Both the position numbers and the translations under genes were made by a program. The notes beneath the pieces are model-generated. The model worked only from the letters and a program-made list of their open reading frames with translations, had not been told where the DNA came from and did not search any database. This document shows positions 48,361 through 59,653 of a stretch of DNA of 64,000 bases, one piece after another (position 1 is the stretch's first letter; the number at the start of each line of letters is the position of its first letter). The DNA lies in the NCBI GenBank assembly GCA_016748015.1, contig JAAOMT010000261.1, positions 74,733-138,732 on the forward strand. The letters run 5' to 3'. The DNA is from Geosiphon pyriformis uo1. Lineage: Eukaryota > Fungi > Glomeromycota.

Positions 48361-49864
48361 GGAATTGGTTCAATGGTATCAAAATGAAACACCATCACCA
48401 AAGAGAGCAAAGATAAAAATTTGTTATCTTTGATGTCATATAAAGCTTCCTTTTGTGTTTAAATTGGTTTGCTGTGTAATGATTTAAAAAAGAAGCCAAA
48501 ACTAAGTGTAGTTGTGGACCTATACCTAAGAAAAAATTCTTAACATTGTCATTTGCCAAGAACATTCATCACTTCATTTACAATTTTTATAGGATCGATC
48601 ACTTTAAAAACTTTTTACAAGAATCTCTGATACATATGTATATATTTTTTATATGGTAAGTCAAAAACCTTGTACCGGCTAGCCAATTGTCAATCTCAAC
48701 ATAATTCATCTTAAAGTACCCTTCAAGAAGCATAAAAACAATTATGCACACAAATGTGATCAACAACCGGATAACCACGGCGGCTTTTATAATCCGTTTA
48801 TATTATTATTTATTCTGTATTATCTAGACCCTCGATAAAACAAAATAATTGAACGGTGATTGTTTGATGAAATTTGTGCCGAATGGCTGTGTTCTTTTTC
48901 CTCCCAGGTTGAAATTTATATTTGTATCGTGTATTGTTGTTGCTGTTGTTGTTCCTGTTGTTGCTGTTGTGTATATGAACGTGAGCTTATATATATGTTT
49001 ACATGTACATATATATATATATATGTATGTATGTATGTATGTACGTATACTAAATAGGTGAAACACTAATTTAACTCGACATAAAGATTCTAATCTTTTC
49101 ATTTGAGGGTAACCCTGAGTTCAACTTTATCAAATTTCAAAATGATTGAACCAATAAATATTAAAAGATTTTTCATGCTTGAAAAAATTGTATAAATACC
49201 ACCCAGTGTCCACTTGACGTTTCCGACTTTACGGCCTCGTCCCTCTCAAAATAAATTTTTTTTTTCCACTATTATATTACCCATCGATCTGATCTGATCT
49301 GATCTAAAAGATTTTACTAATCATTACCAAAAATCAATCAACCAATCAAACAACTTTTTATTACATCAGATCATCCTTTGACCAATCATTAGCATTCCCA
49401 CTAAATCTTTGCGCATACTAAAGAGGGCGAGACACGTCATCAACATTTATCGTCTTGAGTAGTTGATTCTATAACATAAACAAATATAAAAACCTTGTTT
49501 GACCAACTTCCTATATATCTTTTTACCACCTTCTATTATCACACATCCCCCCCCCCCAACCAACTATTATTGTAGTTTGAGATTTTTTTTAAATACAAAC
49601 GGGCATCCTTATAAAAACCTGCGAATTTTTTTTTCTACAGCTCTTTGGGAGAAAACCTCTGCTTTTAACGAGACAAGGGGACTAAACTCTTTAGTGAGGA
49701 TTAGTTCCTTTTATCCTTACTATACTATCAAGCACTAGCTTTCTTTTCCATCTGTACACCTGATTTATCTTTCTATTGTATCTTTCAGTTTGTCGTACCG
49801 ATACACATTACAATAAACAAGTCTTGCAAAGACACCCGTCACTCCGTACAAATTTCTACTTAAA

Positions 49865-51135
49865 ATGAACTCTTCGATCGTGCTCCCAAGTTCAGGCGTG
49901 TTTGGTCAAGGCCAACCTCAGCCTGTTGCCGTTCCAAGCACACCTGGCTCAACCTCCTCTTTGACCTACACCAATTCTGGTGTCGTTCTTGATGATGGGA
50001 TGAATAGCATGGAAGAAGAAGGTCATTCACCACCTCAAAGCGTTGCTGGCATTGTACCTATTTTACAGTAAGTTATTGAAGTTTTGATAAGATATTGAGC
50101 TCACAATCAAAAGATTGTGAACTATTTATCTTATCCCTTGATTGTCTTTTTAACATACACCTCTACGTTGGGTGTCGAATGCCAACCCTATTTGATTGCC
50201 ATCTTTATTATTGTTATTATTGTTATATTTATTTTATTACTTACCCTTTCAACTTCTGTCCTCCACAATTCAATCAGAAACATTGTTGCAACTGTCAATC
50301 TTGATTGTAAACTTGACCTCAAAACTATCGCACTTCATGCAAGAAATGCAGAATACAATCCCAAGGTATTACCGCATTGCTATGCGTTAATAGCATGGAC
50401 AACTGTGGTACTCTTAGTAAATATTAAGGATATATCTAAATTAAATGTTATGCAACACATACATGACACCATCCATTAGCGGTTCGCGGCTGTGATCATG
50501 CGTATTCGTGAGCCAAAGACCACCGCACTGATCTTTGCTTCTGGCAAAATGGTTGTCACTGGTGCCAAGTCAGAAGATGACTCAAAGTTAGCCAGTCGAA
50601 AGTACGCACGAATCATTCAAAAACTTGGGTTTCAGGCAAAATTTACCGATTTCAAAATCCAAAACATTGTCGGTTCCTGTGACGTAAAATTTCCCATTCG
50701 TTTGGAAGGTTTGGCCTATTCTCATGGTCATTTCAGCAGTGTAAGTTTAGAAACCTTTTCTTGTACCTTTCGAAATCTTTTTTAAAATCTACAGTACACA
50801 ATAATTCTTTAATATCATTAATAATAACTTTTTCTCGTTGCTCTTGATTTCAATTTATATAGTATGAACCCGAACTTTTCCCCGGACTGATCTACCGTAT
50901 GGTAAAACCAAAGATTGTGCTCCTGATCTTTGTGTCTGGTAAGATTGTGCTTACAGGTGCCAAGGTGGGTGATTGAAGCTTCTTTGACTTGGTACTCTCT
51001 TCATAAACTTATGATCATAAGGATTTAAAGAAATTTCTTTCGTCATATTAAAATAAATATCCTCAGGTCCGTGAAGAAATTTATCAAGCTTTCGAAGCTA
51101 TTTATCCCGTTTTGACCGAATTTCGAAAACCTTGA
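49865..51135 (+). CDS. TBP: TATA-box binding protein; 5 coding exons
   Basis: Exons 49865-50067, 50278-50365, 50480-50740, 50863-50964, 51067-51135 give [82 protein letters not shown]. Confidence 0.98.
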
Positions 51136-51666
51136 AATTTATCAACCTATATCAATCATCATCATCATCATCATCTTGCATGGATAAATGTTATTAATTG
51201 GGTATTTGGCCAAGATTTTGTGGATCATTTGATGTGTGTCGAGGAAAAGATAACGCCCCAAGTAATATATATGCTTGTGCGGACAGTTTTTCCATGCATC
51301 CTTTATTCATTGGCTTTTTTGGGATATTGGCAATTTTCTTTTGCATGACTAGTTACTCGGATAACCATCTACACCATGAACATTTGAACTTGAAATATAT
51401 TGTTATCTAGTATTCAGTTCTCCCCTTTTCCTTTGAAGATTTATTTTTACTGAAAAAAAAAAACCCCCCTCCCCCCTACCTTTTCTTAAACTACACATTT
51501 TCAGCATAGTCATGATTACATTTTTACCTCACTTCTTTAATCCAGTAAAATGGATTTGTGTAATATATATTCTCCCTATTTTCTTGTCTTAGCAAATTTG
51601 TACAGATTCTTTGCGCAGTATTTTTCCCCTTTTTCCCTCCATTGCAATATTTTATTCTTTTCATTA

Positions 51667-51896
51667 GACGTACACCTAAACGCGAGCGCGTACGTTTCAT
51701 GCTTGCATGTTTCGTCGTGACTGTGAATGGTGATGGTCTCAATTGGTTTATCATCACAGTTACTCAGCTGTGTATGTCGTTGGTTGAAAGTGTGGTTTCG
51801 TTGATACGTGACATCTTTTGCCACGACCTGGCAAAACTCCCAGCTGGCTTTCACGCTCTCGAATTTCCCCTTTCCCAGGTTGACGTCAAATTTTTT
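51667..51896 (+). ncRNA. Candidate structured RNA element (unassigned)
   Basis: GC-richer ~230-nt island with several hairpins, a terminal stem and a T6 run; no recognised family motif. Confidence 0.3.
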
Positions 51897-52094
51897 CTCA
51901 TTTATTTGCTTTAAAACCAAAAGTATTACTACTACTATTACTATACTACCACTACCACCACTACTATTATTACTACCCTATTATTTCCTTTTTAGATTTT
52001 TAATGATAGAAAATTCGAAAAAAAGATGATAATAACTCGTAATAAACAAATGCAGACAAAAACATGCTGAGAAAATGTAAAAATCTTTCATCGC

Positions 52095-52095
<1 letters not shown>

Positions 52096-52128
<33 letters not shown>
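52096..52128. repeat. (AAT)n microsatellite
   Basis: Direct reading. Confidence 0.9.
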
Positions 52129-52129
<1 letters not shown>

Positions 52130-52202
52130 TTATTGTGGGGAACAAAAGCAAAAAATTTTGTATGTCGCGAGATGAATATTTTATCTTTGAAACCACTTGT
52201 TA

Positions 52203-52270
52203 AGTTAACCGGTCTTGTATCACGTGCCATAATATCACGACAGTTAACTGGTCTTGTAACACGTGTCATA
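52203..52270. promoter_or_regulatory. 29-bp direct duplication, each copy carrying a CACGTG E-box
   Basis: agttaaccggtcttgtatcacgtgccata (52203-52231) and agttaactggtcttgtaacacgtgtcata (52242-52270), about 230 bp upstream of the ATG at 52498. Confidence 0.5.
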
Positions 52271-52497
52271 TAAACAGTATCACAACATAGCTTTGAAATT
52301 TGACTTTCAAAAACAAAACTTAACCAAATCCTGAACTGCTATAGGCAACTTGTCTGTAGAGAAAATTATATTAGAACTTTAGATTCGACAGTGAAAAGCT
52401 TACAAATAACCTTTACAGGAGTTGGAAAAGTTAACAATACCAAAGAAAAAGCCACTAGAAGTTTTGGAAGGTTAAAAAGACAAAAGATTGCCGAGCT

Positions 52498-55400
52498 ATG
52501 GCTTCACAGAACCCGGAAGGTTATATAAATTTAGCAGAGGTGACCTCGGATGACATGGGGGGCCGAAACAGCATACCAGAGCAACCCTCGGAGAATTTGG
52601 AAGCTCAAGAGGCTGCAGAAGAGGAGAGACAGGAAGAACCAAATCTCTTGAAAGATTTGGCAGGACTGCAACTCCAGAAATTAACAATAGGTACTTTGAT
52701 CTATTTTTGTTCTCTCTTACTTTTGATATTTTTCTGATCAAAGGTTATTTTCAAAGGACAAAAACTACATGAGGCTAGTGCAATAATACGTAATTTGAAG
52801 GAAGAAAATTCCCATTTAGGTAAGTTTCCTGTTGGTTATTTTAGACCTTTTATTTTTAAACTTCGTTTCATACTTTATTTCTGATTTTAGAAACGAGGCT
52901 TTTGGTTATTGAACAGGAAAAGGAGCAAAGTTTGGAAATCGCAAATAAAATTAGTTTGCTTGAACAAAACTTAGCTGAAGCCCAAGTGAGTCTTGGAGGC
53001 TTCTTTATTTCAATTCCCTCAGAACAGGAAAAAAATTAATTCCAAGTAATCTTCCAGAACGAGGCTAGATCATACAAAGAGAAATATACTGGTGCCCAAG
53101 AGAAAGCAATATACTTAGAAAGCACGCTTCAAGCACAACGTCAAACAGTTCAGCAAAAAGAAATAAATTACGAAAGAGAAAAGCTTGAATTACAAGAAAT
53201 CCGAATTCGTAGTGAGCAGGAAAGGAATCAATGGACAAACGAAAAGACGGCTTTTGAAACTGATCGTCATCAATATGAGGTTAAAATTCGTAAGCTCGAA
53301 AATGAACACGGTGATTTGCAAGCTAAATTGCTTCAGCTTGAATCTAAACAAGTAATGACAAATAGTGAGTTGCAATCAGTACACGTACAAGAGCAACGAT
53401 ATCGAGTACAATATGAGAAAATAGTTGAGGAGATGAAAACTAAAGATCAACGTCATCAACTCGAAATGGGGAAATTGCAAAACCAAATTTATACATTAGA
53501 GGATGAGAATCGCACCTATCTACGTGAGCGCCAAAAGGATCACACTCGGATCAATGAGCTTCTTCAATCCGAAGATGAGTACAAAAAGATCCTCAGCCAG
53601 CAAACTCAAGACTTGGGTACATTAGAACAAGAGTTAAACGTAAAAGAAGCACAATGTATCGAGCTAGAAACAAAGGTCTCTGAGATGAGAAAAAGTTTGG
53701 AGGATACGGAAAAAATGGCCGTTGTCGCGATGGAATCCCCAAATACAGCTGGTTTGATCGCCTTGGGAAACCATGGAAAGTCTCTCCCTGATCTTTTACG
53801 AGAACATCGCTCCATGTCAATCGAATTAAATCAACTTCGAAATATTGCCATGGATTATCGTAAACTTCAGGATACCATGAAAAAAGTATGTGACGAAGTT
53901 GTTCAGCATGGACCAATAATGCAAGCTCGAAATGAGGAGTCGAAACGGAAATCCCATGAAATCGATCGGCTTACCCGTGAACTCAAATTAAAGAATGATC
54001 GACTGGCTAGACTATCGTATGACTTGCAGTTAAATCAAAGTCGTTGTCAATCATTAGAAGAAGAGTTAAATCGAGCAAATACTGGTATGTATTAAAGTGC
54101 TTTTCTTATGTACCGTATTTTCTTATACTTCCTAATAAATTTTTAAATGACTCAGAAAACCATGTATTATTGGAACACAACGTGTATTTTTTGAAAGAAC
54201 TCGAAGACCGTCCATCAATTGGAATACACACATCTGTCCGTGTATCAAGTGAAAATTCTATTGGCTTCCGCGACATCTCTGAAATGTATTCGCAAAACGT
54301 CTCTATGACATCTGATCTGACAGGGCTCACCCGACGAGTCCAAGAACTTGAGGGCAAAAATCGTGATTTGGAAGGCTTTGCAGAAGAAAATATACGTCTT
54401 TATACTGAAATCGAACTTTTGAAGAAACGTCTAGAAGTTCGTTCACCAATGTCTCAAAACCCAGAAGTGAGCATGAATTTTGCGACTACCCCAGACGTGG
54501 CCTATTACAAGAAGGAGATTGATTCCTTACAGGTAATGGTAGTTTTCTCACATGGTTCCATTTCACTAGGGAACTACGTGTCATTTCGAGCAATTTGTAA
54601 ACACAACATATCTCTCCTTTTGTAAAAGTCAAGGGTCAACGAACTCATGAATTCAAGGGAGCAACTCACTGGTGATTGTAACAATCTAAGACAACAACTA
54701 AATGAAGCCATGTCTTTAAATAGCAAACACCAGATTGCCGAACATCAATTAGAAGGTAATTTAGAGTTCAAATTTTCCTAAACTCTTTTTCAAATTTCTA
54801 TCTTAATTACTAAAGTTTTCTGCGATCTTTGTAGTTTATAAACAATGGTTAGATTCCGAGAAGGAACGTGCAAAAAAACTAGAGGAAGAACATGGCAAAA
54901 TACTGGAGCTTCGATCTGTTGAAATCAAAGATTTACGTGGGCAATTGGAGGCTTTAAGAGAGGAATCGATTCCGATCAAAACTCAGCTTAACGAGGTAAT
55001 TATTAACTTTGAATTGACTCCTCTCACATTTCATACTCTATGTTGAGAGAGACATCATTTCCTTTTCTTTTTTTTATAGCGAACAACAAGCTTGTCACAA
55101 CTCATGAGTACACATAGCAATTTGCAAAAACAACACCAAGAAGTTTTGGCAAATTGGCAAAAAGAAATGGAAGCGGTCAAATCGATTGAAAAAGAGGCGG
55201 CCAAGTTGTCAAATGAGAAGCAAAATTTATCACGAGAATTGCACACACATAAATCTAATCTTGAGGTTATAAACACGCAGTTAACTGCAACTTTGGCTCA
55301 GCTAAAGGAATCTACCGATGAAAGAAGTCTACTCGGCCAGAAACTAGGTACCCTGCATACAGAATTGGAAACTTTAGGCGTTGAAAAGGTGCAAATACAA

Positions 55401-58400
55401 ACAGAACTTGAATCCAAGATTAAGGAAATTAATGAAATCAAAGATCAACTCAAGTCCTATGAGACCAACGATTCTCACTTGACGATATCTCAATTACGGT
55501 AAGAATGAGTTTTATTGCGTACCATTTATTATTTACTTAGGTTGAGAGATAAACATATTTACATTCATCATCTTGAATTTTTCTCAGTGAAAGTCTAACA
55601 GAAGCTCGCAATCGATATCGTCGTCTGCAAGATCAAATTGACTATTTGCAAAACTTGAGTCAGGATTCACAATGTGTTGTAGAAGCCTTGGATATAAAGA
55701 ATAACGAGTACCAAGAAAAAACTGAAGTAAGATTTATGCTTAGTTTATTAAAATTCTTATCTCCGATTCTTTTACGTCATTTTTATTAATTTATTTTGAC
55801 AAATCTCTTTTAGCAAATGTCAAAAAAACTATTGCAACTAAGGATGGAACTTGAAAAAATTAATCTTGATCTAAATCAAACTCAAGTAGAGCGTGACAGT
55901 GTCCAAAAGCAGCTTGTGGCTGTTCGTGAGTCAGCAGAGATAAATATTCAACAACTCAGGACGAGTGAAGAATATTTAAAAACCCAAGTTCAACAAAAGA
56001 ATAAGGATCTAGCCGAGTCGAAGGCAAGATTCGACAGTCAAGTTATTGACCTGGCCGATGCTCTGAGAAAACACTCGGATATGGAGAAAAATTATAAAAA
56101 TCTACTGGCTGAATACGAGGACCTGAAATCTCGTACTGAATCCGTTGTAGCAGATTTAAATAATGAGAAAAACGTGCTTGAAGGACAACTCCATAACCTC
56201 GGAGAAAAATACGAGAAGCTCCAAGAAGCTAACGAGATTTACCAAAAACAAGCCGAAAGCGATGCACCCCCTGAATTAAACGTGGCTATACAGGGGCTCC
56301 GTTGGCAATTGGAAGAATTCACTAAAGAAAACACTGAATTGAAACAGAAAAACGAATCTTACAGGCATGATCTGGATGAGACTCGAAAACAGGTTGAACG
56401 CTGGAGAGAATTATACGAACAAGTAAGATAAATCATGTAACGTTGATTTTATTCGTCAGTCAAAGGGATCATTTCTAAATTTTTTCTTAAATTCGACATC
56501 TACCTCAATTTCTAGGAGCACCAGAAATTAGAAATTTCTGGATATGGGGAGGCGTTGGCTAAAGCACAAAGTCAAACTGAACAGGCGAATGTGCACAATA
56601 GATTGCTTCACGAGGAGAATCAAAGATTGAACAAAAATCTTAAAGAGTCTGAAGCCCGTATGGATCAAGCAGAATCCAAATATCGAGCACTTTCCACCCA
56701 ACTGAGCCGTGTAGAATCGGAGAAGCAACATTTCAAAGAAACTTATGAGCGTACCCTTAAAGATTATGAAACAGAGCAACAACGGCATACTGCAATCATC
56801 GCTAGCCGTGCAGATATCACTCCGGCAGAAGTGGAAAAGCTGAGAAAAACAGAAGAAAACTTGAAAAATCAGATGAAATCGATCAGTGATCAACATAAAA
56901 AAGAAGCAAGTCAAATTAAAGGGCAACTTCGTACCAAAATCACCGAGGTATTTCCTGTTGAAATTATTCGTGTTGCCTCGAATATTAGGTTTTATTGTTA
57001 ATATTATTTACCTTTTCCTTCCAAGACTGAAAATCTGAAAAAAGAATTGATTAAGCTTAAACAAGAAAAGGACGCTGAAAAAGCTAAAGCGGAAAGTGAA
57101 AGTCAACAGCGAGAGAAAGTGGAAAGTCAAGCTAATGATATGAGAAAAAGAGCAAAACAAGCAATTGAAAAATTCAAAAATGAATCTACAAAATTGAGAG
57201 AAGAAAATGCCACCTTGAAACAGAACAAAGAATCGTTGGAATCTCTTCAAAAAGAAAATGAGACTTTGAAAGAAGAGAATATCAATTTAAAGCAAGAAGT
57301 TGAAAGGATGAAAAAACAAGTTGAAGAACAAGTCAAGACAGCAGCTCTTCGTCTTAGTGTTTTGGAATCGCAATTAGCAAATACCCAGAATAAACATGAA
57401 AAAGAATTGTCCCAACTCAAGGCCTTAGTCGAAGAACAAAATAAAGCACCCGCTCAGACTCCTGAAGAACCCACGACTACAGCGCCTGTACCCACCACTT
57501 CATCAGTCACCCAGCCAGAGATACAGGCTGAATTAAATGCTGAACCGAAGAGTACTGAGACAACCATCAATGCTTCCCCTAAAGATTTGACGCCACGAGT
57601 ACCGTCAGCGACTGTTCAAAGTCCCGAACCAATTGTTTCTTCAGTTTTAACAGCTGTAATTATGCCTATAACCCCCCTGCCACCAGCCGCGTCTACACCC
57701 CCTGCGGCCACTTCTCAATCAATTTCATTGATAGATCTTGCAGCCTCAGCATCACTATTTGGTACGCCAATACTGTTTGATTTTTTGGTTTTGAGGTCTT
57801 GCTAATAAAAAATCTTCACACTTGAACCGGTAGCTCCTTCAAACAATCAAAAAGAAAAACCTCCAGTGAAGTTGAACCGAACCCGATTATTTCCGATATC
57901 CCATGTTCCATCTGAAACGCCGAACAATACTCCCCCTATACCTGTACCTGTACCTGCACCTGTACCTGCACCTTCTACCCAACTACCAAATTTATCTGGA
58001 ACTACAGCAACTTCTTTTGATAAGCCTTCCCTTTCCGGTTCATTGGGTTCTATGACGAATTCAGGGACCTCGGTAAACTTAGACTCCCCAAATTTGGAAG
58101 CTTCAGAAACCCAGAGCTCTGAGCCTGATCGGAAACGACGCCGATCTTTAGGTGATGAGGATGGTCGGGAGGGTTCGGATCCTTATCCACAAAATCAAGA
58201 AGTCAAAACAACAGGTACACTAAACCAAATGAACTTTTTTGGTTTATTTTACTCTTCAAATACTAATTTAATCTTTGGTTTATGTTACGACAGTCTACGA
58301 GGGTGTCTCGTCGGATAACACGGGTACAATTGAAGTCCCCGAAGAAAATGAAGATAAAAATCCGCCAGCAATCAGCGATGATCTTCCAACAGTTAAACGA

Positions 58401-58451
58401 ATTAAACTCGACGCTCCTCGAACCGATACAGAAGAAAATGAAAAAGAATAA
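52498..58451 (+). CDS. Long coiled-coil protein, probably a Tpr/Mlp1-like nuclear basket protein; multi-exon
   Basis: More than 1000 aa of heptad-rich exons with GT-AG introns. GKSLPDLLREH and IGFRDISEMYSQN resemble conserved Tpr/Mlp segments. Pro/Ser/acidic tail with NLS-like RKRRR and KRIK; stop at 58449-58451. Confidence 0.6.
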
Positions 58452-58624
58452 TTCAAACTGCTAATTTTAAATTGCTGATGTAATTATTGATCAATCAGTT
58501 AAACAGACATTTTTTGTTGGATATTTTAGTCAATTTTGTATATAAAACATGTTGCAAGTTCACTTATTTCATTTGCATTAGTACATTTCTTGGTAAAAAA
58601 TCTTACGAATTAATGATCCTCAAG

Positions 58625-59349
58625 TCAGATAAATCTTTTGCCTTGACCCTTTGGTTTAGCTCCGTTTATTTTTAGATCCCGAGTGTGATTAATCACCTTT
58701 TTGAGGGTTTTGGAATAAGGCATTAACTTGAGCAATCTTCGAGCTTGACTCCCGGTGGATAATGCAGGTTTAGCCAACCTTCTGAGACGACTGCGAGAAA
58801 CACCAGTATTCAGATGGCTTTTACCAGGCCTTAAACGTTCGTATTGGCCGCTTCCAATACTTCGCCATCTTGAACGCAGAATTTTGTGGTTTGAAAGAAA
58901 ACGAATGATTTGAGAATCTGCGAATCAATGCTAAGTTTAAAACTTGGATTATCCTACCTTGCTTTGGCTGCTGCATTTGTCTTCAATTTATAATAAGATT
59001 TTTGACGAGAGTGTACTAAATTCCACCGTGAATTCCAACCAAATCGATCAAAAAATATTGATAATTGAGGGGGTTTCGGTCCGATAGTGTAAATTAGGGC
59101 ATTCTTGTTTGGTACCATATAATTCAAGGTAGTGAAATTTCGAGAATTTGGTGCAACGCAGGATATTTTTTCTAGGATAAATTGTTTGCCTAGTAGAAAG
59201 GAGATTGAAGGCAGCAATGAAAAACTATTTAAATTTATTAAAGGCCTCATGCCATTCTTACTTGACGTAACCCTTTTCAAATTCTTAAGAGGGTTGAGCT
59301 GAGCCAAAGGAGGACATAAATTGGCGCTTCTTGGGATCAATAGAAACAT
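58625..59349 (-). CDS. Mitochondrial ribosomal protein bL35m; 2 exons (59349-58958, 58868-58625)
   Basis: N-terminal presequence-like region, then KLKTNAAAKARWRSIGSGQYERLRPGKSHLNTGVSRSRLRRL..KLMPY, which matches the L35 consensus. Confidence 0.8.
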
Positions 59350-59653
59350 TGAATAGAATACTTTGTACTTTTTATTTAATTCTCAGCAACTAGAGCTTTT
59401 ATTAACACCACCCATTTATATAAATACCAAAAATTATAAGACCTTCTATAATTGATTTAGATCAGATTTGAGGTATTTTTAATTAGTTTAACGTCTTGGA
59501 AATTGCTCTGAAAAAGGGAAAATGAATTCTATTAAATCCGATAGTACAAAAATTTAAATCTGGATATGAGATTGTGGCTATCTCCAAATCTACCTCTATG
59601 CTTTAATGGGATAATAAAAAACCCCTTCCCCAAGTGTTTCTTAAATTAAAAAA

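Noticed and set aside
51850-51875. Minus-strand GGGAAATTCG resembling RNase P CR-I
   Set aside because: No complementary CR-V/P4 partner was found, and wobble pairs mostly favour the opposite strand.
51576-51920. 114-aa (-) and 90-aa (+) ORFs downstream of TBP
   Set aside because: Non-ATG starts and no recognisable homology; the region is better explained by RNA structure.
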